A stretch of DNA of 63,296 bases, filler included, from Reticulomyxa filosa (taxonomy: Eukaryota; Protista; Foraminifera): the NCBI GenBank assembly GCA_000512085.1. It is 24 parts of 24 records of this genome, joined end to end, with 100 filler letters (N's around TTAATTAATTAA, not from the genome) between each part and the next. Parts side by side here need not be neighbours in the genome. Positions count along the whole stretch, not along the records: positions 23,667 to 24,955 come from ASPP01000972.1; positions 25,056 to 30,886 come from ASPP01014372.1; positions 30,987 to 32,653 come from ASPP01011868.1; positions 32,754 to 34,800 come from ASPP01010789.1; positions 34,901 to 37,051 come from ASPP01013342.1; 19 more parts are not named here. One strand, given 5' to 3'. Numbering within the stretch: position 1 is the first letter of the stretch; every line of letters begins with the position of its first letter. The notes beneath the pieces were generated by a model that worked only from the letters and a program-made list of their open reading frames with translations, searched no databases and had not been told where the DNA came from. Both the position numbers and the translations under genes were made by a program. Below, piece after piece: positions 23,761-37,050 of the stretch.

Positions 23761-25098
23761 TGTTTCAATTATATGTAGTAACGATAAATAAAAGAACTAA
23801 TAAAAACGTAAAGACAACTTAGACTTAACTTTGATTGATAAGTTTAAGTTCATTGTTGAGCTTTTTTTAGTTTGCTCTTGATATGTTTTTGATGATGCAA
23901 AATAAAAAAAATGGTTGAACTTTTGTTTAAAAAAGGAAAAACTGAACTAATGTACACAAGAAACATTTTGAAATGAAAGATAAATGTTACATTTTGTAAA
24001 ATATCTTTGCAAAAATTTTGAAATTAAAAAATAGAACATTACTTATTTTTGAGTTTTTTATTAAATCTGTGTAAGAAGAAATACCTTTCAGATAATGGAA
24101 TAAGTGTTTATATTTATAATGTTAACTATTTCAATTCAATTTTCATATTTCATTGAAAATAGAGCAAAACAATTTGTTTGTAAATTCAATCCAAAGGAAA
24201 AGCTATTTATGTAATTTTATTTGAATATTTCAAGAAGAAGTAGAAAAAGATACAACAATGTTAATTTCCATAAATATTCTTAAGCAAGGATACGCAGGTT
24301 TTCGATTGCAATCATATGGACATGTACACTAAAAAATTTACAAATCAAAAACGATCATAACAAAAAAATGTCAACATATATTTTTTTCCAAAAATAATAC
24401 TTTATCAAAACTAATTTCTGATCGCGTATTAAACTCAATTTTAAACAATTACAGATATTATTATCCAATTGCTTATGAAACAAGAGAGTATTTTTGTGAT
24501 CAAAGTAATTAATTGAAATTTAGAAACATGAATAACTTAACTTAAAATAAAAAACAACAGATCTCAAATGAATCATTTGGGCTTGCAATTTGATGTTCTT
24601 GTATAACTGATCAAATGGTTAAAAAATCCATCGTCATTATGTCTTCTCGTTGTTATTTGGAATATTTTCACCACGACAATCAATATTTTTGGAAAATCTT
24701 TCAAAGGTTCAATTTGATAAAGAGCTTCCAGCGCTTGCACACTAACATATTTCTATTTTTTCCATGTCCACAAATTATTATCATCAATTCATCATATTTT
24801 TTAGTATTTTCGTGAAGTTCATGCTTTGCAAATTGTTTATCATTGTGGAGATTGATTGCATTCAAATAATTTGACATTTTTCTTTTATCCACTTTCACAT
24901 ATGTCGTCAGCTACAGTAAGATAAAAAAAAAAGTTGACACCTAAAATGCCACCTTNNNNNNNNNNNNNNNNNNNNNNNNNNNNNNNNNNNNNNNNNNNNT
25001 TAATTAATTAANNNNNNNNNNNNNNNNNNNNNNNNNNNNNNNNNNNNNNNNNNNNAAAAAAAAAAAAAAAGAAAAAAAAAAAAAAAAAAAAAAAAAAG

Positions 25099-26160
25099 GT
25101 AAGGTGACTGATTGGCAATTGCTAATGCGAAAAATCTTTGGAAAGTTTGATGAACATTTGGCAAAGCTGAACTTACGCGGTGGATGTACAGTGCAACTCG
25201 TGTTGTATTTAGGAAACTCACACAAGCTAATTAGCGCGAATGCGGGCGATGCAAGGGCTGTGTATAGTGTGGACAATGGCACAGCGAAGCAGCTGAGCTA
25301 TGACCATTCGCCGATGAATGATTGGGATCGTGTGCACGACATTGCGAAGAAGCATGTCACGCTGTTGGAGGGTAGGTTTCGATTGGCAGACAAGCACGAG
25401 ACGTCCGAAGACGTCGAAAAGCTGCCATCTTCGCTGCAAAAAATACCACCTCTGATCACTGCTGAGCAAGAAAAGTCCCGGCTGTTGGCCACCATTGGCG
25501 TTGCTAGAGGATTTGGAGACTTTGGGCTGTCTGTGTTTGGTTAGGACTTTTTCATGCTTTGTAATGTTTACAATTGGTTGTGTGAATAACTTTTTGATAC
25601 TTAAATATATATATGTGTATATATTTAAGTATACTTTTTTTTTTTTAAAAAAAAAATATATCTTATAATTAGGTATGAAAAATGTTCACATCAAACCTTT
25701 TTTAAGTTGTGAACCTTTTGTAAGCGTCGTCGACTTAAATGAAGAAACCATTGGAATGACGGATGTGCTGGTACTCGCTTGCGATGGAATATTTGATGTG
25801 TTGTCGAATGAAGAAACTATCAATAAAGTCAGAAGCTTCTTATGGTTTAATTGCGATGATACTCACGCTCTGTCCCAATTGACGACCGAAGAAATCTTAA
25901 ATCATCATCCCATCACTTTTGAAGCTTTGGACCGCGCTTGTCTCAAACTCGGCACTTTGGCTTATGCTAGAGGCACCGTTGATGACGTCACTGTGTTTGC
26001 TATTCCGCTATGGTTTGTCACTCATTCCTCGCTGTTCATGCCCTCTTCCTACACCACTTCTTGTGCTCGTTGTCCTCATTGTCTTGCCAATCGTGTCGCT
26101 ACTTATCAAGTCTCTGCTCAACATAACTATGGAACTACCCAAGAAAGTGTCGTTATTTGA
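25099..26160 (+). CDS. PP2C phosphatase, PPM1H/J/M-like, 3' exons (about 25099-25541 and 25673-26160)
   Basis: GGCT, ANAGDARA, DHSP, RLLATIGVARGFGD, HIKPFLS, DVLVLACDGIFDVLSNEE, GTVDDVTV. Confidence 0.9.
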
Positions 26161-27268
26161 TACAATAGATCATCCCAGTATCAATATCCATTTCCACTTT
26201 TTTTTAGCTAATCACACTTTGTTGAAACTTTTTTATTTTACTCTTTCTTTTTTTGTTTGTTTGTTTTTTCGCCTGTTCTTTCCCTTATTTGTGGTATTTT
26301 TTCTCCGCTTTCCTTTTTCTTTAATTAAAACAAATTTTTTAAATCAAAATGATACAATAGTTTTTTTTTACAAAGAAGTGCTCCCTATCATGAAGATCAA
26401 ATAACCTTTGCGTAGATACTCTCATACAAACTGTAAAAAATCTTGTCTTACACTCCTTTAACAATAAAATAGTCAAAATTTTTTTATTCCAAAAAAGTAG
26501 CAAAAAAAAAATCATTTCGATAATATTTTGGATGAAAAAAAATAAATGTATATGTCAAACCACATGCTCGTCCTCCTGGTATGCCCCGCAACCGTACGCC
26601 AGACAATACGTGCTTTTACACACGTAGGATTTCACAGGGGTTCAACACACATTGTACTACTCTTGAGGTAGTACAAAATGTCATTAATCCCTTGGTTGGT
26701 TACCTTGTATCAATTTTCATGCATTAATTTTTTTTTCAGTTTTTTTCAAAGAGAAAATTATTTTTTAAAAGAAATTAAACATTACTGTTAATCTGTGCTT
26801 TGGAATGGATGAATTTGTGATGTATATATCTATGTCTACATAAAAAAAAAGGTACTGAAAGGCAAGTAAAAGAACATACTCGTAAGATTTTCATTTGCTT
26901 GATTTAGGCTGTTATATCTCATAAAAACTTGGAGCCATTGATTTAAAAATTGCCCCTTTCAGCAATAATCGCACGTTAAGAAGGTTGTATATCGCAATGA
27001 AAATAAAAGCGCTTTTTCTTTCTTAATTTTATAAACAAACATCAAGGTCTTGTAACAAAAATGTGTCCATCAAAGCCGATTGGAAAAGCTCAAGGTGAAG
27101 CCCGAACACAACAAATGCCCAAATGAAAACACACAAACAAACACTGGCAAATTGCAATGCAAATTGAGACTTTTTGTTGTTCACCAATTGCATCGTTTCC
27201 CAAACAAAATCACAAAAAAAAGGGCAAAGGAAAAACCAGAAACAACACGCAAAAAAGGAAAAAGCTTT

Positions 27269-29289
27269 TTAGGTTTCGGTGGTATCTTTGGTGTTTGTTT
27301 CCTCGGTGCTTTCTGCAATTGATTGTTCTTTGTTAGCACTGCTGCTTTGCTTAAGCATATTCCGGACCTGATCGGCGTCAGCTCGGCTGAAAGTATAACC
27401 CCATACTCGGTTGTCAACTCCAGTATATGGCGCAGCCTCATCCGTTGTTTTTTTGCCTAAGTCTTGTTCTGATTCAACCGCATCAAAATATCGGGCATCG
27501 GTGGGGTTAGCTAAATTAGGTATGAAAGGAGGCGTTTGTTTTTGCAATGCACTAAAGTCCAAGTCCTAATTCCATGAGTCGTTTTCAAATCATAGCAAAA
27601 AACAAATAATCAACAACAAAACAAGAATATTATAGCAAATTGTCACAATATGTATACATATATATATAATTTTTTTTATTGTGGTTAATTTTTCATCCCT
27701 TCCCTGTCATTCTAGAGATTAGCCAAAACAAAAGTATGTATACAAAAAAAAAAATTTTGAAAATTAACTTTAAACCAAGGATGAATCTTGATTTGATCAA
27801 AGCCAATTCTTCTGTGAGCGGGACAAACCAATTTCTTCATCAAATCCAAGGCTTGTTTGGACAATTTGGAATCAGGAGGTACCTTGAAATACTTTTCATA
27901 GCGTACAATTTTTCGACAAGTCGCCAATGGGTCCTTAGCATGGAAAGGGGCATAGCCAACCAAACACTCAAACATGATAACACCCATCGACCACCAGTCA
28001 ACCATTTTATCGTAACCTTTTTGATACAACACTTCAATTGCAATGTAATCTGGTGTGCCGACTGTGCTGAATAATTTCTTGCGATCCAAGTGAGTTCCTT
28101 TTTCTCCTGTTCCGTCTTCTTCCTTGCTCATTTGATCAAAGTCTTCTTTCTGTTTTTAAGTTAAGCAATACACACGAGATGATGATTACTAAAGGAAGGG
28201 GAAAAAAATGTTTTAAAAAAAAAGAAATAATGGCGTATACTTTTTTTTTTTAACTCGTAATGTCGCCACATATTTTTGCCAATTGCCCAAGTTCTTGTCA
28301 TTTAAAGATTGAAACGACTTGGCCAATCCGAAATCGGACAATCGGATGTGTCCATCGTTGGCGATAAGAACGTTGTCAGGTTTCAAATCTCTGTGAACAA
28401 ATCCCAATTGATGTACGTGGTCAATGGCAGATGCCAATTCACTCATGTAAAAGCGTGTGTCGCTATCACTCAATATGTCTTTTTTTATCAACAGCCCCAT
28501 CAAGTCACCACCACCACAGTATTCCATCACCAGATATAAATACGTAGCGTCCTTTTTTTAAAAAAGATTTTATTAATGGTTAGTTTTATATTTGATCAGT
28601 TTTAAGTTTTAGTAAAGCTCAAAAAAAGTTTGGAACTTTTGTTTTAAATTTTTTTTTTTAAGGGGGAGGGGCAGTGGGGGGGGGCAAAAAAAAAACAAAA
28701 AAAAAAACTCGAAAAAAAAGTTAACTTGAAAAGCATAGTACAGTTTGACCAACCATGGATTGTCGGCTTCCGCCATCAGATCTCTTTCAGCAACAATATG
28801 CCCAACTTGGTTTTTAGCAACCATGGCCTTCTTCACCATGGTCTTCATTGCAAATACTTTTCCTTGTTTATCTCTTACAATTCGCACTTCACCAAATGCA
28901 CCCTTTCCTATTACTTTTACTAACTGAAAATCGGCTGCTTTTATTTTTATTCGTGCCGCTCTTTGCTCTCGTAAACCTGTTCTTTGCGTTATGTAGTGGT
29001 CCAATTCAACTTCTTGTTTTTGCTCCTCTGTCATATTTTCCATCTCTGCTGCTTTGTTGTTTCGAAGACGAGAATCTTTTATTCGAGTTCCCATTATCTT
29101 TTGTTTCGTTTTTGTTGTTTTTCCGTATACAACGTCATTATATTATCTCGGGAAATATTGTTGGTGTCCCTTTTTTTTTTCTCTTTGTTTAACTTTCTCC
29201 AAGCCTCGTTTCAAATGTTCTGCTTTTTCCATTTGTTCCTTTGATGGCTCATCTGGATTTTTTGTCTCTTTTGGTGGATTTTCTGCCAT
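27269..29289 (-). CDS. STK38: NDR/LATS-family AGC kinase (STK38/Cbk1-like), multi-exon, complete
   Basis: DFQLVKVIGKGAFGEV, HIVAERDLM, MEYCGGGDLM, HRDLKPDN, DFG, STVGTPDYIA, DWWSMG, DARYFD and the hydrophobic motif VWGYTF. Confidence 0.92.
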
Positions 29290-29776
29290 GTTTTTCCTAT
29301 TATTTGTCAGTGAACTTACAAGAACTCTACACTATGAGAAAAAACCTACAAGGGGCGAACTAGGTGTCGTTTAGCGTTGGAAGGGAAAGAAAATGTTACA
29401 TCTTATGAGTGTTTGATCACTTCAAATTATTGCACATGCACTTTTTCACTTTTTTTTTACGTTCATATTATTATAACACTATACCGAAGTGTAGTTGGGC
29501 ATGTCTGACTAGTGGCATGTCCTAGTTTTTATTTTGTTTTCGCTTCTTGAAGGAATTTGTGAATATACCATCGCCGCAGTAGACAAAATGTACGTCTTTC
29601 GTTTAATAGATGCGAAAGCACAGTTGCGAAACGTTAAATACGAAAAACGCACCCACCCCTTTCAAAACAATATAAAATCTCGGTGATTATTCTTTTCTTC
29701 CTGTGTCAGCACTCGAATACAACAAAAAAAAAACAAACACGAAGAACATTTTGAAGAAAGAATAGTCGGCTTGAAG

Positions 29777-30886
29777 ATGAAGACACAAGTAGTTTTAAAT
29801 GGGGGCAACAACATGAGGATGGATTCTTTTTCCTCAGGTTATGAGAGTAGACATAAGCCAAGGATGAACCGAAACTATGGCAACGGTGTGTACATGAAGA
29901 ATGAGCAGGGACATGGATTTCGAAGAGCGATGATTGAAAGACGGGGAGGCATGAACCGAGGCGATTACTATCAACCAAAAAAAGTGGAAGAATGGCACGA
30001 TATAGGAGGAGCGTATAAAGAGATAAAAACGAGAAGCGAGGAGGACCGTAATAACAGCAGTAGTGACACGAATAATAGCAATACAAATAACAACACCACT
30101 AACAATAATAATAATAATGACAATAATAATAATAATAATAATAATAGTAATACTATTAAGAATGACAAAGACAATAATGACAACAATGGCAATAAAAAGA
30201 ATAGCGAGGACAATGTCCAAGGCAGTAACGGTAAGGACGGATATTTGACCCAAAGTGAGACGCAGCCAGCAACGTTGCAGATGAACGAATTTGACGACGA
30301 TGACTTGGGGGGAATAGCAACGTTGTCGATGCAGACGAAGCAGAAAGCTGGCAAGAAAGAGAGCAATAGCAGTGACAACAATAATAATAACAATAACAAT
30401 AACAATAACAGCAACAGTAACAATGGCAATGAGACAAGCCATCGGATGGTGACGTCATCGCTGTCATTGTCATCGTTTTCCTCGTCCTCACTACTGGAGA
30501 CAGAGAACAGAGAAAGGGAGCGAGAGATGTCGATGGCAACCACAAGTGGACCAGATCTGGTCAAGACGCCAACAAAGCAAAAGTCACGAGCCAAGTCCAC
30601 CACTACAATCACAACCACAAACACGACGACGACGGCGACGACCACTGCCACCACAACGACCAGTGGAAAGACATGGATCAGTCCATTCCCAACACGTCGT
30701 GAAAACCTGTGTTTTTTTATGTTCCGCTACAAGGTGTTCCCGTGCTCGTACCGTCGCAACTGTCCGGATAAAGTCATTTGCGAGCTTTATCATCACGACG
30801 GAGAAAAACGCCGAAATCCCGGAGTGGGGCCTAATTTTTTGTATTCCGAAGAAGCTTGTCCACAGTTATTGTTTTTACTAAATCTT
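29777..30886 (+). CDS. Unkempt/TZF-like CCCH zinc-finger RNA-binding protein (3' truncated)
   Basis: FFMFRYKVFPC...C..YHHDGEKRRNP...YSEEACP after an Asn/Thr-rich low-complexity N-terminus. Confidence 0.75.
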
Positions 30887-30986
30887 NNNNNNNNNNNNNN
30901 NNNNNNNNNNNNNNNNNNNNNNNNNNNNNNTTAATTAATTAANNNNNNNNNNNNNNNNNNNNNNNNNNNNNNNNNNNNNNNNNNNN

Positions 30987-32605
30987 TTGTTGTTGTTGTT
31001 GTTGTTGTTGTTGTAGTTGTAGTAGTAGTAGTTGTTGTTGTTGTTGCTGCTGCCGCTGTCGTTCAATCTTTCTCCGCTTCAATAACTCATTGTGTTTTTG
31101 CAGGTTCTCCATCGTCAAAGTGCGGGCGTCGTCCTCCGAAGGCCAGTCCTGCCATGGGGACGAAGGTTCGTACTCATTCTCGTTTTGGCTGTGAGTAATC
31201 ACGGTGGCTCCATTGGAAGGGGAAAAAAAAGGTGATCTTACATGTGGCTGCCGAGTTGGATTGATGTTGTTGTGATTGGAATAAAATGGAGGAAGAGAAC
31301 GTGGAACAAACTCCGATGTCGGGAATATCTTTGTGTCCATGGGTAATGGAGAAGAAACCATTTCCCCGATTGTCTTGATCGTGGTTGTGTTCGCGTGCGC
31401 GTTCGCATTCGTGTTGATGTTTGTGTTGATGTTCATATTCGACGTACCAATGGTGTTTCTGCCAATCAAAAAAGAAAAGGGAGCTTTTGGACTGCTACGT
31501 CGATCGGCGCCATCGACGATATTGCCAATGGAGGATTCAACTAATGGAAAAGGACGTTGTGATTGTAATTGTGGTTGTGGTTGTGGTTGTAATTGTGATT
31601 GTAATTGTAGTTGTGACTGTGATTGTGATTGTAACTGTAATTGTAATTGTGACTGTGACTGTGACTGTGGTTGTGGTTGTTGCAATAGTGACGGCCTTTG
31701 TGGTGAAATGGTCCCTTCTATCAAGTCGAACGTATGCGTCGGAGATGTGTCTTGTGGAGTGTCAATGACAATGGTGATAATCGACTCACTTTGGTTTTGC
31801 GAACGATGGCCTGTGATTGGGTCGGACATCATTGTGGCAGACACAGAGATGTGACTGGGATCACTTATGTGCACGCGTAAATTCGAGGGCATTGATCGGC
31901 CACTGACTCGCGACGAAAGAGGGACAGAAATAGGAAGAGAAAGAGGTGGACCAGATGTGGGTCCACTACGAACCTGCGATGGGTCTTGCATTACACTAAA
32001 TGATTGGGACATTGGTCGTAAGCTCATCATTGACGATGTTGCCATATGACTTCCTCCTCCTCCAGGAGATTCACTGAGAATAGAGTGGATGGTCCTTGTA
32101 GGTGGAGGAGACATGGCTGTCGTCAACTGTTGACTCTGTAGCGTCGACACTGCCGGTACTGTAGCTACATCGGTTGCGCTAACATGACTGGAATAAGACC
32201 TCTTGTCACTCTCCTGCGAAGCTGTATTTCGGCTACTGGTCGTGTCGTGCATCGAATTCGATATAATATTTGTATTGCTCGTGCCGGTCCAGTATGGTGC
32301 AAATGGGTTCTTTGGATCACGACCACTTGTCGTTGTCTGTCCATTTGGACGTGCTGAACTGGACAAATCGCTCCCATCTTTGTGATGCGATGATCGGTTT
32401 GGATAACTCTTCGCCGATAACGACGATGTACTTGTCCAAACATGCTCTGACAACGATGAGTGCTGTTGTGGAAATGAACTCATTGCCGTCAGTCCATCTT
32501 GATTTAAACTCGGACTTGGGCTCGTTTCTCGAGTGCCATAGCCTCTCGACATATTAGGTGATACCTGTGGAAACGTCGTTCCAAGTTTGTTGGTCACTGC
32601 TTCCT
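30987..32605 (-). CDS. Internal exon of a Ser/Thr/Gln-rich disordered protein
   Basis: Open frame of more than 530 codons with QS/QL and polyQ tracts; no recognisable domain. Confidence 0.65.
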
Positions 32606-32821
32606 GTGCAAATTACACAACACTATTTTTTTTTTTTTTTTTTTTTTTTTTTTNNNNNNNNNNNNNNNNNNNNNNNNNNNNNNNNNNNNNNNNNNNNTTA
32701 ATTAATTAANNNNNNNNNNNNNNNNNNNNNNNNNNNNNNNNNNNNNNNNNNNNTACAAAAAGAAAAAAAAGCGTAAGGCTCTCATACAAAAAGAACGACA
32801 ACGAAAAACGGAGGAGGAATA

Positions 32822-34800
32822 ATGAGTGGAAATCATTCTGTGGAACTCGACTCACTGCAAACAGCAGAGCTGATTCAATTCACGAATGAACTGTCTTCCG
32901 ATTTGAAGTTGCAATGGAACGAGTTGAAGCGAGCTCAGTCAGACATCAAAGACACAAAAATCAAGCAAAGATATGAAGAGCAGACAATAGTATCACGATT
33001 GTTGGAGACCATTGAGAAACTGAAGCATCATATCAAAGTGCAACAATCGGTACCAAAAAAAAAAAAAAAGGGGGAAGGGGGGGGGGAAAAGGGACACATT
33101 CACTACAAAAAAAAAAAAAAAAAATTGAATTATTATTGTGATGTTTGTATTGTGTAATGACAATGACAATGACAATGATAATGACAATGATAATGGGCAA
33201 CAAGATAATTGAGCGACAAAATGTACAACTGCAGCAAATGCAAACCTCAAAGTATGAAATGGATGAGTATCACAGCAATAACATAAACAATAACGGAAAT
33301 GACGAGGGTATAAAGATAACAGAAGCCAAAGATGGCAAGCAATTTCTGAATTCGAAATACTTTCAAATGAAGCATTTGGTTCAGCCCGAAATGAGTCATC
33401 GTTCCAAAAACCAAGCTAAATTAAATTTTTTTTTTTTTTATTAAAAAAAAAAAAAAGGTAACTAATATAAACTAAATTCATATCACTGACGTGTTGTTGT
33501 ATTTTGAGTAAAGCTGTATTCTGGGTCCATGTTCCCAGTTTTAATAAAGAAAGTTCCAATATCAGCAAAAACAGGACAGCAAGGACTTAAGCCACATCGA
33601 TATTCCTATTCGCCTGGCGATTTGCCTTCTTATGTTCCGTGACATTGCATTAATACATATTTATATATTTATATATTAAATATGTATAATGCATATTCAA
33701 TGATAAAAATGAATGATGCAAATGCAAGGACGCATATCCGACAACTGATAAACAATAGACGGCGGAAAATGCGTCAATGGAGGTGGAAGTGTGCCAAAAA
33801 GTATGCACTGGCAAGTATTCTCACTTTGCTCGGGTGATCGAGATCATCGCGGATCCGCACAGCTACTGGATAGTCTCGCCTTTCGAATCGGGGGGCGACT
33901 TGTTCAATTGCATCATGCGATCGATGAGTCTGAGTATGTCGAGCCTTCGATCGCTGGCCTTGCAAATGATCGAAAGCGTGGGCATTTTGCACAGCTGCGG
34001 ATATTGTCATTTGGACATTAGTCCGGAAAACTTTTTAATGTGTCACAACAATACTACACTCAAGTTGATCGACTTTGGTGCCTCTCGCAAGCTGCTTCAA
34101 CGCAATGACGACTTGTATCCGCCGCCCAAGCGAAGCGAAGATCGTCCCGGCAAAGACAGTTATCGAGCTCCGGAAATTCATAACAAGCAATTATTCAATG
34201 GACTTAAGGCCGACGTGTGGTCATTGGGAGTTGTTTTGTTTACCAGTTTGTATATATGTATATGTATATATATATATGTATATGTATATGTATATGTTTG
34301 ATGTGCACATGCGCACATGCTGTGTATACGTGTGTGGATTGTGAATACTCAACAGTGTTGGCCGGACGTCCCCCATGGTATCTCCCAGAGGCGAAAGATA
34401 AAAACTTTGTAAAGATTTATGGCAATGGGATTGCTCCAACGCAGAACCCAATCGCGCCGATAAACTCGGCCACGCCGCAAATGTCAATGTCAATGTCAAT
34501 GTCGATGTCGATGTCGATGTCGATGTCGATGAGTCAGCTGCAAGTGGTGTCCAAGTCGAGACCAACTCCTTCTCACGTTATGTCTGTGGACACAAACAAA
34601 GAAGTCGACAGAAAATATGGGCACATTAGTGTTCGAGCGCTGTTGACCGAACGTTCGTCCTCATCATCATCATCATCATCATCTTCTTCTTCTGTGGTCG
34701 CAACTGCAAGTGGAGGGGCCACGACTACAAGTTATTCGACGTGGGACGAATCGTTGATCGACTTAATCGATTGGATGCTGACACTGTCGTTTCGAAAAAG
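32822..34800 (+). CDS. Ser/Thr protein kinase (CAMK-like) with an N-terminal coiled coil, multi-exon, 3' truncated
   Basis: GGDLF, HSCGYCHLDISPEN, KLIDFG, GKDSYRAPE, ADVWSLGV, and GRPPW after an intron. Confidence 0.88.
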
Positions 34801-34900
34801 NNNNNNNNNNNNNNNNNNNNNNNNNNNNNNNNNNNNNNNNNNNNTTAATTAATTAANNNNNNNNNNNNNNNNNNNNNNNNNNNNNNNNNNNNNNNNNNNN

Positions 34901-34939
<39 letters not shown>

Positions 34940-34946
34940 TAAGTGA

Positions 34947-36790
34947 TCAATTTTCAGGATCAAACTTATGCATTTTGGTTCGAAAATCATGAGTGGCTCG
35001 AAACCTAGCCATGGAGTCATTGAGGAGATCAATAAGCTCAGCAATGATCTTGCTGAGAACAGGAATGAGGAATTGAATAAAATCTGTTTCGTTGTGACAA
35101 TGAGCGATGAAATCATTCAACTTGTGACATTCACGTGCCAAAGCATCGGGAATATTGAGTTCATAATTGGCCACATTCCTTTGCAAATACTTAGAAAACA
35201 GCAAGTGATACTTCAATTGGCACAATTGCAAGAAATGATTTTTATACAAAGAGTTTTGAAACACAGTTTCGAGAATGAGTCTTTGTGGCGACGAATGCGA
35301 AAACTGACGATACAAAGTATCGTTATAACGAATGTGATTGATCTTGGATAAGGGTATTTTGGATGAAAAATGAATACGACTAATTTTCTCTCTCCACAAT
35401 GTATTAGTAAAGGAGCGATCCAAAAATTGATGCAAATGAAATGAGTCATTTGTCATGGGTTCACTTTCCATATGACTGTGACCCGCATATTTCCCAGTAA
35501 TTTCAAAATGCTTGGGAATGAAATTTTGCCGAATCATTGATACGGACTGTTGTGCTATTGGTAATTGAAATCCATGATCCAATGATGCCGTCGCGGTAGT
35601 GAACGATTCTTGTGATTGTTTGCTTTCTTTCAATTGCAACTTTTCCGGCCACATTTTGAATTCGTCCATACTTTCCATCCGCTTTTGTTTGCCTGGTAGC
35701 ATCAACGGATCATCCACCATTGCAAATTCATGGTCGTGATTTTCATTTGATTGCTTCACTTGCGGTTCTATTTTCTCATTCGACTTCTTTGTCCCGTTCT
35801 CGCCTCCATTCCTCGCATCATGCTCCAAGTTCATTATTATCTCCATATCTGTATCCTCCACTTCAGATGATACCTTGTCTTCCAATGGAATCGGGGAAGA
35901 AGAGGTAGTGGCCACCATTTCTGGTACACATAACATCGCACTTCCTCCTCCTCCTCCTTCTTTCCTTCCTTTCATTTCGGGCGTTAATTTATGGAGGGTG
36001 ATTTGAATGCTGTCCTCCTGCTTGTCGCTCAACTGTCGAGGAAATTGCTCCTCGATTTTCTCTTTTTCTCCGTTCTCATTCTCGTCGTTATCATATTCAT
36101 CATCGTCATCGTACTCGTCCTCGTCTTCGTCGTTCTCATCGTCATATTTGCCGAATATCACCAGTCCTTTGTTTTCGCTTTTGTTTTTCGAGCTCTTCGA
36201 CAAAATAAACTGACTCCACTGTTTATAAAACGTGTCGCTGCACCAGTGATAAAATTGCACAAACTCGATCAACGCTACATTTATTTGTCGGTGTTGTCTT
36301 GCTTTATAATTACAATACATATATGTATAAATATATATATATATAAATATATATAATATATATATATACATGTATGTGTATGTATGTACAGTGTATATGC
36401 GACCTAAGCCATTCTCGACGGAGTGTTCATACGTTAAACGATTAAAAAAAATGGTGGTGGCGTCCAAATTGGAAAAAGTAAAGCAGAGCAATTGGAACAA
36501 CGAAAGCTGTTTCAGTTGTTGCCGTCGCAGAGTGGTATCATTCCTCAACGACATTCTGCCAGTTGTTTTAGTGTTGGAATGCGCCGTACTATTGCGACTA
36601 ATGCTGGAATGAGGGTTCAAATGCAATCGTGACATTGTCAGCACCACGTCTGTGGCTTGGTGTTGTCGGACGGTCATGTCCACTTGGTCTTTGCGAATCC
36701 AATAATTTACCAACACCACTTGGATCGCCTCGACCAATACCACCGGTAACGTATTTACTTTTTGTCCATTGTGGGTATCCAAGCGTGTTG
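34947..36790 (-). CDS. Membrane-anchored RGS protein (7TM-RGS-like) with a split RGS domain, 5' truncated
   Basis: Last TM-like segment TLPVVLVEAIQVVLVNYWI. RGS N-half FFNRLTYEHSVENGL|ALIEFVQF (intron 36275-36403). RGS C-half LFSKYL..ANYELNIP...ELIDLLNDSMARF. Confidence 0.78.
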
Positions 36791-37014
36791 TTTTCAGACA
36801 TTTTTTTTTTTTTTTTTTAATAGCAAAACAAAAAAGCTTCAACATATGGTAATGTATCTTACAGTTTATTTCTTTAGTGTGTGTGTGTGTTTTTTTTTTT
36901 TTTTTTGCAACAAAAAAAAAAAAGGGCATACCAAACACGATTTGGAATAAACGAACCTATTGTGATCAAACAATAATGTGACAATTAGTTTGTTATTGTC
37001 GATTTGTAGAACAC

Positions 37015-37050
<36 letters not shown>

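Noticed and set aside
24701-24898. IICGHGKN, resembling an Smr-domain motif
   Set aside because: Short, degraded and without supporting context.
1583-36790. Apparent cluster of G-protein signalling genes (GPCR, G-alpha, WD40, RGS)
   Set aside because: Each gene is on a different contig, so co-location comes from concatenation.
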